64,000 nucleotides of DNA from Octopus sinensis (GCF_006345805.1 NC_042998.1:70866001-70930000), one strand, 5' to 3'; positions 1 to 13,808 are shown, numbered from the stretch's first letter. Translations and numbers: made by a program. Notes: generated by a model from the letters alone, not told the origin.

Positions 1-2695
1 GACCAACACCTCAACGCCAAACACGAGGGATGCGTTGTCAGAGCTAGGATGCGTGCTCTGAGGAACGAAGGAGTTGGAGCCGCCCAAGAGGCCCGAGTGG
101 TGGAGACGCAACGAGGCAACAGAGCCACCATCAAGTCTCTTATAGATGAACAGGGGCGCGAATTGCTCGAGCCTAAAAGGATGTGTGGGGTTTTTCAACA
201 ACACTTCACCCACTGTTTGGGACAAGTGGTGAGTCAGAAAGCAGAGTGGACTTTAGTGCCTACCTGCATGCCTTGCCACGACTCTCAGCAAGGGAGGTGG
301 AGTCTTGTGAAAAGCCTATCACAGCTGCGGATGTACAGGATGCGATGGTAGGCTGCGCGAGAGACAAGTCACCAGGCTTGGATGGTCTGCCCTACGAATT
401 TTATTTTCATATGCCAGACTTGTTTGGAGGCGTCTTGGCAGCTGTCTACTGCAACTGGCAGCAGAACGGGAGTATTCCTGCTTTTGTAAAGCGAGGAGCA
501 GTGGCACTGATCAAGAAAGACCCAACAAGTGGGACGTCATAGATAATTTCAGGCCCATCACTCTGCTCAACGCAGATTTGAAAATTTTGGCCAAGGTGTT
601 AGCCGAGAGGTTGGCGCTTGTCATCAAGAAACTAATCGACAAGGCGCAAACATGCGCCGTGCCGGGTAGAAGTATTCATGACAACCTCCATCTGATGCGC
701 TACATCATAGACAGGGTAGTTAAAAATCCTGGCATGGGTGGGGCGCTGATCAATTTGGATCAATCAAAAGCCTTCGATAGGGTAGACCATCACTACTTGG
801 AGGCTGTCCTCAAAGCGGCTGGTTTCGGTCCAGTTTTCCGCGGTTGGATCGCTGCCTTATACAGCGGCATCCGCTCAGTAGTTCGCGTAAATGGTCATCT
901 ATCCAGACCTTTTAACATCATGCGTTCGGTTCGTCAGGGATGCCCCCTCTCATCGCTGCTGTATGTACTGACTCTTGAGCCACTACTGCGGAAACTGGCG
1001 ACGCTGAGGGGCATCCCACGAGAGCTGGGATGCGGGAGGAGCGTGTCTGCATACGCGGATGACGTCACCGTCATAGTGTCGAGCTACGAGCACATCGAGC
1101 TGGTCGGCGAGACACTGAAAGAATACGAAGCGGTAACGGGAGCAAAAATTAACCGGGAAAAGTCAGTGGGCTTGCGGCTCGGCACCTGGAGAAGCAAGCC
1201 CATGCCGTCCAACAGCGTCTCCATCGTGGGACGCTGGACGGACGCCGGTTAAATTGCTCGGGGTCTGGTTCGGTCCGGACCTCCAAATGGAGAAGAACTG
1301 GGGCGAGATAACGACTAGGGTGGCTTCTCTCACCCAGAAATGGACTGAAAGAAAGCTATCCCTAAAAGGTCGGGCGGAGGTGGCGAACGCGTACATCGCA
1401 TCCGTCATCGAGTATCGTCTGACCGTCGTGCCTTGTCCCGACCCTACCATCACCAAACTGGAACGCATACTCTTCCGCTTCTTGTGGAAGGGAAACGTTC
1501 CGATGGTTAGGCGATCCATTTGCTGCCAACACCCGCTAATGGAGGGCTGGGCATGCCGTGTTTGATGATGCGCAGACATGCGCTGAGACTGCGACATCTC
1601 CGGCGCTTCATAGACAACGGTGAACAGGGGTGGTCGCCTTTTGTGCGGCGCGCTTTCCCGCAGCTCGTCTCCTTGGACGAACTACAGTCATGGATCAAGC
1701 AGAGACCGAGGCTAGGCGAATGGCACCGCGAGTGTCGCGTTGCTCTCAAGCAACTCTGCCGTCCGGGATCGAACTTGTGCGACTCCATCACAACAAAGGC
1801 ATTCTATAGAGGATTAGTGGAGGGGAGGTGCGACGACGAACTCGGGCAGAGTCTGGGCGTCGATGAGGAACACCTGACCCGCCTGTTCAGGACAACTTTC
1901 GGGCCGGGACCTATGAACAATCACCAAAGATCTCTGGCCTGGCAGTGCTATCGAGAAGCATTACCTGTTCGGGATAAGCTCTACAGACACGGTTCCAGAC
2001 ACACTGGACCGACTTGCCCGAGATGCGGTCAGAGCGACGAAACCGTTCTGCACGCACTCGTGCAATGTCCAACCATTTCCGACCTGTGGGCTTATCCGAC
2101 ACGGCTGCTGTCACGTGTGGGACGAATCCGCCTATCGGCCGAGTCTATCGTCAGAATTGCCCCGCCCCCTTCCCTCAACCGGGAAGGCAAGGCAGTTTTC
2201 ATCGTACTGGTGGCCATGGTGAAAGAATGTGTGTGGTGGACTCGAGCGAAAGGATTAGAGACAAACACTTACCTCTCTGGCCAATGCTCATCAACTTTTT
2301 CAAGTACCACTTGAAAAGGAAGGTGAGAATGGAGAGGGAAGTGTTGTCTCGCGAAAGATTCAAAAAAAGATGGGTGAATGTTGCAAAGATGGTGCGTGCT
2401 AGTAACGAAACCATTTTGAGCATGATCCTGTAGATCGTAAAAAAGAAAGAAAGAGAGCATTTTTGACCTCATGTGTTTATTTCCTCCCTGACTGGGGTTC
2501 CCGTGGTCTTTTCTGTAGGCTTTTCTTCCCACGGATGAACCCAATCTTGTTATATCAATGTTTACACCATTATTTCTGTGATACACGATTTTCTTTTTTT
2601 CCTTTTTTTTCCTCCCCTCGATCCCTTTTGATCGCAATCTCTGCATTTGTATTTGTCCCCTCTGTATTCAGCCCTGTGTGGCTAATAAAAGAAAG

Positions 2696-2696
<1 letters not shown>
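1..2696 (+). mobile_element. Tx1/L1-clade non-LTR retrotransposon, copy 1 (ORF2 RT + C-terminal Cys/His region + 3' UTR), frameshifted, continues left of the window
   Basis: ORF pieces 49-351, 183-542, 578-1252, 1254-1565, 1520-2314 and 2014-2433 carry RT motifs (DKSPGLDGLPYEFY, LDQSKAFDRVDH, SVRQGCPLS, AYADDV), LSLKGRAEV, and CPRCGQSDETVLHALVQC. The 3' UTR ends ...ggctaataaaagaaagt directly before (TATC)n. Confidence 0.9.
578..1252 (+). pseudogene. Reverse transcriptase domain fragment of Tx1-like ORF2
   Basis: ORF 578-1252 has the KAFD, QGCPLS and YADD motifs. Flanking ORF2 parts are in other frames. Confidence 0.9.

Positions 2697-2790
<94 letters not shown>
2697..2790. repeat. (TATC)n microsatellite
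   Basis: Pure tandem TATC read directly. Confidence 0.98.
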
Positions 2791-2791
<1 letters not shown>

Positions 2792-2799
2792 TTATTTAT

Positions 2800-2880
2800 T
2801 TTTTTTTTTTTTTTTAACCCCCCCTTTTTTTGTGTCCTCTTTCTCTCCTTTTACGATCCCTTTTGATCGAAACTCCCCTT

Positions 2881-2914
<34 letters not shown>

Positions 2915-2984
2915 CTTCAAAAGAAAAGCTCTCCTTGTAATTTGTTCTATCTGTGTGCAGCCCTGTGTGGCTAATAAAGAAACA
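2800..2984 (+). mobile_element. Severely 5'-truncated Tx1-like insertion (3' UTR stub only)
   Basis: Nearly identical to the 3' UTR of copy 2 (about 4815-5024): aaaccttcaaaagaaaagctct...cagccctgtgtggctaataaagaaaca. Confidence 0.85.
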
Positions 2985-2996
2985 CTATCTATCTAT

Positions 2997-3059
<63 letters not shown>
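2985..3059. repeat. (TATC)n microsatellite
   Basis: Tandem TATC between the stub and copy 2. Confidence 0.98.
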
Positions 3060-5024
3060 GGAATGGACATCTATCGAGACCCTTCGACATTGCACGTTCG
3101 GTCCGTCAGGGATGCCCCCTCTCGGCGCTTCTATACGTATTGACTCTTGAGCCACTACTGCGGAAGCTGGCGACTCTGAGGGGCATCCCGCGAGAATTAG
3201 GATGCGGGACGAGCGTGTCTGCATACGCGGACGACGTCACCGTCATAGTGTCAAGCCACGAGCACATCGAGCGGGTCGGCGAGACACTGAAAGACTACGA
3301 AGCGGTGACAGGAGCAAAAATCAACCGGGAAAAGTCAGTGGGCTTGCGGCTCGGCACCTGGAGAAGCAAGCCCATGCCGTCCACCAGTACCTTCCGTCGT
3401 GGGACGCTGGACAGACGGCCCGGTTGAGTTGCTCGGGGTCTGGTTCGGTCCGGACCTCCAAATGGAGAAGAACTGGAACGAAATAACGAGTAGGGTGGTC
3501 ACTCTCGCCCAGCAATGGGCCGAGAGGAAACTGTCCCTAAAAGGTCGGGCGGAGGTGGTGAACGCGTACATCGCGTCCATCATCTACTACCGCCTGACCG
3601 TCGTACCTTGTCCCGACCCTACCATCACCAAACTAGAACGCATCCTCTTCCGCTTCTTGTGGAAAGGATGCGTCCCGATGGTCAGGCGATCCATTTGCTG
3701 TCAACACCCGTTAAAAGGAGGGCTGGGCATGCCGTGGTTGATGATGCGCAGACACGCGCTGAGACTGCGACATCTCCGGCTCTATGTAGACGACGGTGAA
3801 CAGGTGTGGTCGCCGTTTGTGAGCCACGCATTCCCGCAACTCGTCTCCATGACCGAACTACAGTCGTGGATCAAAAAGAGGCCGAAGAAGGGCGAATGGC
3901 ACCGCGAGTGTCGCGTTGCTCTCAAGCAACTCTGCCGTCCCGGGTCGACCTTGAGTGACTTCAACACAACCAAAGCATTCTATAGGGGATTAGTGGAGGG
4001 GAGGTACGACGACGAGCTCGGGGCAAACCTGGGCGTCGACGAGGAATACCTGACCCGCCTGTTTCAAACGACTTTCGGCCCAGGACCTATGGACAACTTC
4101 CAGAGATCCCTGGCCTGGCGTTGCTACCGAGAAGCGCTACCCGTTCGGGATAAGCTCTATAGGCATGGCTCGAGAAACACGGGGCCGACCTGCCCGAGAT
4201 GCGGGCAGAGCGACGAAACCGCTCTGCACGCAATCGTGCAGTGTCCAGCAATTTCCCACCTGTGGGCTTATGTCGAACGACTGCTGTCACGTGTGGGACG
4301 TGTCGGTTTATCAGCCGAGTCTATCGTTATATCGTCACGCCTCCTTCCTTCAAACGGGAAGGAAGAGCTATTTTTATCATACTTGTGGCTATGGCGAAAG
4401 AATGTATCTGGTGGACGCGTCTGAAAGGATTAGAGACAAACACTTTCCTCTCTGGTCAATCTCTCATCAACTTCTTCAAGTATCACTTGAAGAAAAAAGT
4501 GAGAGTAGAGAGGCAAGTTTTGTCTAGTGAATGTTTTAAAAAAAATGGGTGAATGTAGCAAGGATGGCACGTATGAATGACGAAGCCCCCTTGACTATGA
4601 TTCTATGAACCGTAAAAATTAATACAGAGAGTTGCTTATTTCAAAAAAAAAAAAAAAAGAATATAACATGTGACTTCATTGACCGAGGTTACCGTGGTCT
4701 TTTCCGTAGGCTTTCTTTCCACGGGTAAACTCACCTGTCCTCCCCTTTACACTTCATATTGACATTTCTGTGATAACGATCCCTATTGATCAATTTTTTT
4801 CCTCTCCCCCCCTTTTTTTTAACCCCCCCTTTTTTTGTCCTCTTTCTCTCTCTCCTTTTACGATCCCTTTTGATCGACTCCCCCCTTTTTTTATTTTATT
4901 TTTATTTTATTTTTTTATTTTATTTTTATTTTTTTTTTTTTTATTTTTTAAACCTTCAAAAGAAAAGCTCTACCTTGTAATTTGTTCTATCTGTGTGCAG
5001 CCCTGTGTGGCTAATAAAGAAACA
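3060..5024 (+). mobile_element. Tx1/L1-clade LINE copy 2, 5'-truncated inside the RT domain
   Basis: Starts at sequence homologous to about position 889 of copy 1. ORFs 3140-3427, 3399-4424 and 4199-4552 parallel copy 1. Ends aataaagaaaca before (TATC)n. Confidence 0.9.
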
Positions 5025-5777
<753 letters not shown>

Positions 5778-5923
5778 GTCTCTCAGTCCGTCTGTCTATC
5801 TGCCTGTCTGTTCATGTGTGTAACTGTATGCATACACACACACACACACTAGGCAGGCACATGCACATATAAACATAGAACGCCAGGAAAATACTTTCAA
5901 GGATTTTATGAAAAGTATATATA

Positions 5924-6411
5924 TCTTGAGTAAAACTTATTTGTCAACGTAATGTAACAGCTTGATTAGGTCGAATGTTACTGTTATTCAACCCCAAGAA
6001 ATATCGTCTCCAGCTGATTATCGATGCACTATCTGCGTCCTTATATTTTCGAACGCGGGGGTTCAGCGTTTTCACTCAGCTCAAAGCAATATCTGTGTAC
6101 CACTGGTTTCTAGGTTAATTCACTTCATCAGCACAGGATAACTGCTCGGCTAGTGATGGCGACAGTAGAGTCTTGTTCGAAATATATACTTTTTTAAGTG
6201 ACATACAGGCATTGATCTCATAAATAGAGAATTATTATTTCTAAATCTCTGAACGAGAAACATTCAGCAACGCTTCTCTAGAGTTAAGAATATTTACCAA
6301 CATAATGTGGCAGTCCTGATTAGGACGAAAGTTTCCTGGGGCTAAATAATAGTAACATTCGTCCTAATCAGGACTGCCACATTATGTTGGTAAATAATCT
6401 TTACTCTAGAG
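5924..6411. repeat. MITE-like or fold-back element with nested inverted repeats
   Basis: 6276-6329 and 6358-6411 are 54-bp inverted arms with 2 mismatches. 5924-6001 is a diverged copy of the reverse complement of 6331-6411. Confidence 0.6.
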
Positions 6412-6894
6412 TAGTGTAACTGAATGTTTAGACATAAAATTTAGATATAATAATTACTTATATATATCTTGATACGTTGATTCAGTTAAAAGGAAAATAA
6501 AATAAAATAAATTAATTTAGATTCTGCATTGTGTAAGTAATGTTATTAAAAATTTAATATTATTTTATCGAAATTTCATGATAGTAGTAATTATTATTTC
6601 TACTATAGGTACACGACCTGAAATTTTGTAGGAAGAGGGTAGACGGTCGATTAGTTCTTCTAATGCCTAATTACATCTAAATGTAGCTAAGGTAATTCAG
6701 CAAGTGATCTTATTACCGAACACCTGCAAGTGCTCGCATTCACGACATTGATTTAACCGAAGATTAGAGATAATTCCTTACCTCACTGTATTTTAAATCC
6801 CCTGAAGAAATCTTCCAGTAATTTAGACGTTGGAATATATTTAAACAGCTCTGCGTAGATTGAGAATGTGTTCCCTATAGATCCATATACTTCT

Positions 6895-7454
6895 TATTTC
6901 TTTATTCCCCACAAGGGGCTAAGCACAGAAGGGACAAACAAGGACAGACAAACGGATTAAGTGCTCAACTGGTACTTATTTAATCGACTCCGAAAGGATG
7001 AAAGGCAAAGTCGACCTCGGCGGAATTTGAACTCAGAACGTAACGGCAGACGAAATACCTATTTCTTTACTATCCACAAGGGGCTAAACACAGAGGGGAC
7101 AAACAAGGACAGAGAAACGGATTAAGTCGATTATATCGACCGCAGTGCGCAACTGGTACTTATTTAATCGACCCCGAAAGGATGAAAGGCAAAGTCGACC
7201 TCGGCGGAATTTGAACTTAGAACATAGCGGCAGACGAAATACCTATTTATTTACCACCCACAAGGGGCTAAACACAGACAAACGGATTAAGTTGATTATA
7301 TCGACCCCAGTGCGTAACTGATACTTATTTAATCGACTCCGAAAGGATGAAAGGCAAAGTCGACCTCGGCGGAATTTGAACTCAGCGTAACGGCAGACGA
7401 AATACCGCTAAGCATTTCGCCCGGCATGCTAACGATTCTGCTAGCTCACCGCCT
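6895..7454 (-). mobile_element. tRNA-derived SINE trimer (one head, three body-tail units)
   Basis: On the minus strand: A-box-like tagcagaatcgttagc and B-box-like gagttcaaattcc. Three repeats of the body. Flanking 17-bp direct repeat tagatccatatacttct at 6878-6894 and 7455-7471. Confidence 0.85.
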
Positions 7455-8252
7455 TAGATCCATATACTTCTAATGACGTCCTCACTCGAAGTCTGTCTTA
7501 TAGATATTTGACCGAACGTATCTGCCCCGCCCCTAATAGTTTCTACCATTCTTTTGAGGTGGGGGAAGGATGGTTGGGATGAAATAATTGTAATGTTAGC
7601 TGTGTGAAGTTGCAGACAGCTGCCATTGTTAATATTATTTTCGCTTTAGTTTTGTTGTTGGTTGTCCTGTTGCTGTGGTTTTTGTAGTTGTAACTACAGC
7701 TGTTTTTCCTGTTACGTTGTTGCTAATTATGGTTTTTGCTTTTGCAGTTCTTTGCATTGTTGTTCCTGTTGTTATTTATCCTCTAGGAGATCCAGCATAT
7801 TCACACATTTCTCTGTGACATTAGACCTGCTAGCTTTTCGGCTTTTAAAAAATATTTTAGTATCGATCAAGGTGGACATTCAGATTCAACGCTGTTGCAA
7901 CACACAGCAATTGAAAGGGACAGGAAAGAGTAACGTCATTTGTTAGAAATTGCATGTTTTCTCGTTATTTTGTAGAGTCATTTCTCTAAAAGGTTTGTGT
8001 CGGATTTGCAGGAGGGATTATACTTTAGTTGTTGATGTTGCTTTTCGTTGACATCTGCTACTGTTAATATTACCGAATTCATTGGTATTTCTCATGATCG
8101 ACTGTGATTTTATTCTCATGTTGTTATGTTACGTTGCGTGACGACTCATCTTGTTGGAAATTACTGCTTCTTCTTTCGGAATAGATTCGTGGACGTATTG
8201 CATTCCCTCTTGTTAAATGTGTGAAATGAAGTTGTGAACTCTTCTTGTGTTG

Positions 8253-8254
<2 letters not shown>

Positions 8255-8299
<45 letters not shown>

Positions 8300-8376
8300 G
8301 ACCACCACCACGACCACCACCACTACTACTACTAACTACTACTACTACTACTACTACCACCACGACCACCACCACG

Positions 8377-8428
<52 letters not shown>

Positions 8429-8463
8429 TACCACCACCACCACCACCCACCACCACCACCACC

Positions 8464-8512
<49 letters not shown>

Positions 8513-8580
8513 GTGCCGCTACTGCTGCTGTTATTATTACTAAATATTGATGGAAATGATGATGATGATGATGATGATAA
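8255..8580. repeat. Compound trinucleotide microsatellite (CTA)n/(CCA)n/(GAT)n
   Basis: Read directly. Confidence 0.95.
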
Positions 8581-8587
8581 CAATTAT

Positions 8588-8767
8588 ATTTATTTCTATT
8601 GTAGGCACAAGGCCTGGAATTTTGGGGGAAGTACCCGGTACTTAGTTTATCGACCTCGAAAGGTTGAAAGGCAAAGTTGACCTCGGCGGAATTTGAATAC
8701 AGAACGTAAATCGGGCGAAATACCACTAAACGAGTTCCCTGGCATCTAACGATTCTGCCAGCTCGCC
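8588..8767 (-). mobile_element. tRNA-derived SINE
   Basis: Same gacctcggcggaatttgaa core and head (aacgattctgccagctcgcc) as 6895-7454. Confidence 0.8.
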
Positions 8768-8776
8768 AATAATAAT

Positions 8777-8808
<32 letters not shown>

Positions 8809-8810
8809 CG

Positions 8811-8854
<44 letters not shown>

Positions 8855-8896
8855 CATAATAATAATAATAATATTAATAATAATAATAATAATAAT

Positions 8897-8934
<38 letters not shown>

Positions 8935-8935
<1 letters not shown>

Positions 8936-9413
8936 TGTTTCAAATTTTGCCACAAAGGCAGCCATTTTGGGGGAGGGGATGAATCGATTACATCGACCCT
9001 AGTTTTCAACTGGTACTTAATTTATCAACCCCTAAAAGGTGAAAAGTAAGGTCGACCTCGGTGGAATTTGAACTCAAAACCTAGCGACGGGCGAAATAAC
9101 GCCCAGCATTTTGTCCAGCGCGCTAATGATTCTGCTACCATGTAGCCTTAATAATAATAATAATATATAATAATAATAATAATAATGATAATAATAATAA
9201 TTGTTTCAAATTTTGCCACAAAGGCAGCCATTTTGGGGGAGGGGATGAATCGATTACATCGACCCTAGTTTTCAACTGGTACTTAATTTATCGACCCCTA
9301 AAAGGTGAAAAGTAAGGTCGACCTCGGTGGAATTTGAACTCAAAACCTAGCGACGGGCGAAATAACGCCCAGCATTTTGTCCAGCGCGCTAATGATTCTG
9401 CTACCATGTAGCC

Positions 9414-9415
<2 letters not shown>
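8935..9415 (-). mobile_element. Two near-identical SINE copies in tandem (8935-9149, 9201-9415) separated by (AAT)n
   Basis: The copies share private variants such as cccctaaaaggtgaaaagtaaggtcg; offset 266 bp. Confidence 0.85.
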
Positions 9416-9488
<73 letters not shown>

Positions 9489-9514
9489 TGTTGCAGTAAC
9501 AAGCAGTGATTTTT

Positions 9515-9899
9515 CCCTGATGCAGTTCCAGGCAGTGGCTATGCCCTGATTCAGGATTCAGTACTAGGCAGTGGCTCCATTGGCTTCTTATCCTAACTGA
9601 TTGGCAGTGTTATCTTGTCTTGGTATAAAATATTCTGCTCAATACCACAGATTTGTATGTCAGTTGTTTGACCTTAGCCAGTTGAGCATGTCCTTTGGTG
9701 GCTGGCGATATGTGTATCTCTGATCACGAGAAGAAGTAGTGGGGGAGCATCATAGCAATGTGTGGAGAGGAATTCTTTGAGGTTTGGATAATTCACCTTT
9801 GGAAACATGGATATTTCGTTCAACATTGTTAAACAGACATTATTCAGTGACCTTTTGAGCGAGATGGACCACTTTGTGGCATGCACTGCTCTCTCACTC
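9515..9899 (+). mobile_element. (AAT)n-flanked ORF-less element, internally deleted copy
   Basis: Same ends (ccctgatgcagt...gcactgctctctcactc) as 10184-10738. Strand is assigned only by analogy with how Dong-like elements sit in (AAT)n. Confidence 0.75.
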
Positions 9900-9932
9900 A
9901 ATGATAATAATAATAATGATAATAATAATAAT

Positions 9933-10124
9933 GGTTTCAAATTTTGTTACAATTGTAAAAATTTTGGGGGAGGGGAGGGGTTGAGTCGATTACATCGACC
10001 CAAGTGTTTAACTGGTGCATATTTTATCGAACTCGTCGGAATTTGAACTCAGAACGTACCAACGGGTGAAATACCGCTAAGCATTTCGTCCAGCGCGCTA
10101 ACGATTCTGCCGGCTCGCCTCCTT
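9933..10124 (-). mobile_element. tRNA-derived SINE
   Basis: Core ggaatttgaactcagaacgt plus head cgctaacgattctgccggctcgcc. Confidence 0.8.
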
Positions 10125-10134
10125 AATAATAATA

Positions 10135-10183
<49 letters not shown>

Positions 10184-10184
<1 letters not shown>

Positions 10185-10738
10185 GCCCTGATGCAGTACC
10201 AGGCAGTGGCTCTCATGACTTCTGATCTTAACTGATTGGAAGTGTTATCATGTACATTGTTTTGTCTTGGTATAAAAGATGGGCTACAGCAAATATTCTG
10301 CTCAATACCACAGATTTGCTTGTCAGTTGTTTGAACTTAACCAGTTGAGCATGTCCCTTAGTGGCTGACGATATGTGCATCTCTGATCACGAGCAGAAGT
10401 AGTGGGGGAGCATCATAGCCATGTGTTGAGAGGGATTCTTTGGGGTTTGGATAATTCCCCTCTGGCAACATGGGTGGTTCTTTCAACATCCTTAAACAAC
10501 CCTTATTCAGGGACCTTTTGAGCGGGATGGGCTACTCAACCTGAAGAAAATTCTAACTGGGCCCCACCTGCAAGGTCATGTGCTGTTTATCTTGATATGA
10601 GATCACTATGTCGCGCACATATGGTTGTGATGCATGTGCCTGGTGTACCCTTATCAGACGGGTAGTCATGATGGGTATATTGGGCTTCGTATATTTTACC
10701 CCAGTGTCACTTTGATGGCATGCACTGCTCTCTCACTC
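10184..10738 (+). mobile_element. (AAT)n-flanked ORF-less ~555-bp element, full-length copy
   Basis: Bounded on both sides by (AAT)n; homologous end to end with 14972-15515. Confidence 0.8.
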
Positions 10739-10752
10739 AATAATAATAATAT

Positions 10753-10783
<31 letters not shown>

Positions 10784-10805
10784 AATAATAATAATAATAA
10801 TAATA

Positions 10806-10838
<33 letters not shown>

Positions 10839-11269
10839 TAATAATAATAATATTGCAACAAACAATAAACGTCTCAGAAAATGACAATATCACAAACACA
10901 CACATTCACAGACCTAGATACGTACAGAGGAATACTAGGATATATCACGTCGATATTTTTAAAAGCAACACAGCACAGAAATGCAAGAATAATCTAAAGG
11001 TAAAAATATGAATGAGAGATAATTCTAATATAGTGATTGAGAAAAGAAACAATCCCAATAGCAACTAGGAATGATAAAATATTGTAGATAACTATATAAT
11101 AAAACCATAAGAACTTACTCACGTGGTGGTATGTGTACCTGATCAAGCTGTCCGATTTTGCAACAACTGCTCTCGGGTTCGATCCGTTGCACTACACTTC
11201 GGTTAAGCACTTTCTATCATAGTATCTGGTTGACCAATACCCTGTGTGCCTTGTGTCACGTTATTTCTT

Positions 11270-11660
11270 AGCACAATAAGGTTTAGAGACTGCAGTATCA
11301 GCAGAGAATGTGAGATGATTGTAAAGGGTATGAGTAAATGGAACACAAAATTAATCTCTTCTGGTTAGGTGGTAGGAATTATTAAGATCAATAGAGAAAT
11401 CTTTCATGGTGATTAGCTTGTCACCACTACGCTTTTGTGATATGCATGAAGGCCTTTATTACAGCTAGTTAGAAAGGTAAGGTATGGGTGTATTATGAAA
11501 GCAAGAAGCATAACATAATGCTCTCTTTATGGATGGCTTGCATCAGTTCGTAAATAATAATGATCAAATGGACACTTTCGAATAAAGAATACATGGATTT
11601 AGTAAAGATATTGATGTAGGATTTGGAATTAAAATGTGTGTGGGGTTTTACTAATAATAA
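11270..11660 (+). pseudogene. Decayed R4/Dong-like reverse transcriptase fragment
   Basis: Manual translation across stops and frameshifts gives KINREIFHGD*LSPL...LFMDGL...HGFSKDIDVGFGIKMC, paralleling the IFQGETLSPL, LYMDDL and MKFGLEKC motifs of the 47.6-51.3 kb element. Confidence 0.6.
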
Positions 11661-13808
11661 AATTACCATATATGGAACTCATAAAATAGAGATGATGAAG
11701 GTTATTAATACTTAAATATACAAGAAATGTATGAAAATAATGCATTAAAAGTAAATAACTGAAGTTAAAACTCAGATAGCTGATTATACCTAGCAAGCTA
11801 AAGTATTCAACTCATGCAATTTTATTATACCCATCATTCCCTTTATATATGTATGCATATATAAATGCATGTGTTTGGCCGCCTCAATGCGTGCGCAATC
11901 TATAAATCCATTTCATAAAGATATTTATACAAGATACGCATTAAAATATTCGCATCGCCGTTTTAAAATTCGTTCAATCAATATTTACTTTGATGTATCC
12001 TTCTTCTCTCATGTATTTAAACGTTAACATCATTATTGCAGTCAATGTGTAATTCAGACTGGACTACCCTCAAAGATGATATTTGCCGCTACAAACTTAT
12101 AATGCAAACAGGTTTTATGTAGCTGAATAAATATGCTCAACTATTATTGAATGACTCCAAGATATTTGAATTTTAAAGCATGCATTAGCCATCACATTTA
12201 TAGATGCATGTATTAAGTATATATGAACTCGGTCAAATACACAGATAGCTCAATGGTTGATATCATATAAACCACTTCCGTGTAAAACTCTAATACTTCT
12301 TCGACTGTATGATGGTGACAGAAATGTTGATAATGAATAATTTTAGTTGATTAGCATAAATCTATAGAACTTAATATATTTGATCTTAATCTGTATCTCT
12401 TCCTCTGAATTTCATCCTCACCTCCTTTCTCTCATTCTTTGTTCATACTTCTGTCTGCTTTACTCTACGCCTTCCCCTAACCCGTCTCTATTCCAAAGTG
12501 CTTCATTCAACATATAATTATTCTTTGATCCAATATAAGTTCTCTGTTTTAGTGACATTCATCAATACATTTTTTTATATTTATATATGTCTTCTTTTCT
12601 TTTAACGATAATGCTAAAAAAAAATTCTCTTTGAAAAATGTAAAAACGAAGTTTGAAAAAACTGAAACATGAGTATTGGGAATCGATTTTGAAGAATTTA
12701 TTAATATGCCTTTTAGAAGTCGATACCTTTGCAAAATTTTAAAATCACAAGAGCCCAACTCATGAATTGATGCCAACCTTCCTTTTGCTATTTTCAAAGG
12801 TGATAATTAAATTGGAAATTCTGTAATTTTCAAGGGAATAACTTGATTGGATTAATAGTTTGGTTTTTATTGATTTGCGTATTGAAGAAAAATTCTTTAG
12901 TCTAGAAATTGGCGTTAGGCAATATAAACAGTTTCATAAAAAAATTTATGGTATACCTCCATATTTTTGTTTTATAACCGAAAATTTAAAGGAAAATATG
13001 AAACGTAAAATTTGAATCTAAGCATCTGTGCTTAACATAAACATATGCTAATAGTCAGTTGTTGGCAATTTAAAATTCTTGGTTCGCATTCGAAAAATGA
13101 ACTCTGCCCGGTAAATTACATTAGTCTTTGGTAACCAGTTGGCATAAACGGTTTTCACATCTCACATGCAATGCCTACTTCAAATGACAGTTATAAAATG
13201 AGGAAAAAATGGTTTCCTAGCATGAAGTCCATGGAGAGAACTAATGGACATTACTGCCTGAGATTTGACTCAATCAAAACGCTAGGCTCCATTTTTTGGT
13301 CAGGTGAGAGTTTTATTAATTATTGATTGGATTTATTACATCAGCATTACACTCGCAAAACTAATCTTTCAAGAAGTTCCAATGTTCTCTTATTCATACA
13401 ATTCTCTTTCACCTCACACAGTTATATATGTATGCTCGTCGGAGTTGGACTGTTTTCTCAAATTAATGAGAAGGACAAAGAGAGAGAGAGAGAGACAGAC
13501 AGAGAGAGAGAAGGAGAGATAGAGAGAAATAAAGATAAAGAGAAAGAGAGAGAAAGACAGAAAAAGAGAAAGAGAAAGAGAGCAAGAGGGAGAAATTCAT
13601 TGAAAGTGCTGATATTCGGTTACCCTATTCAAGAGAATATTTTCTCAAACTCTTCTAACTACAAATTTCAATAATTTTCTGTTCTTTACGACTTTTCAGA
13701 TCTTATCTTTTACTTGTTTCAATCATTAAATTGCGGCCATAGTAGAGCACCGTCTTCGAGAATTTTAGACGAACGAATCCAGTAGTTATTATTATTATTA
13801 TTATTATT

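Noticed and set aside
6311-6335. ctgattaggacgaaa resembling a hammerhead core
   Set aside because: G8 is missing, there is no room for stem II, and no stem I or III partner; the inverted copy reads gacgaat.
7395-7454. tRNA-like A/B boxes as a tRNA gene
   Set aside because: Part of a SINE head; no cloverleaf.
10184-10520. HDV-like ribozyme at the start of the (AAT)n element (gccctga with tcaggga)
   Set aside because: No P3/L3, P1.1 or catalytic-C arrangement could be built by eye.
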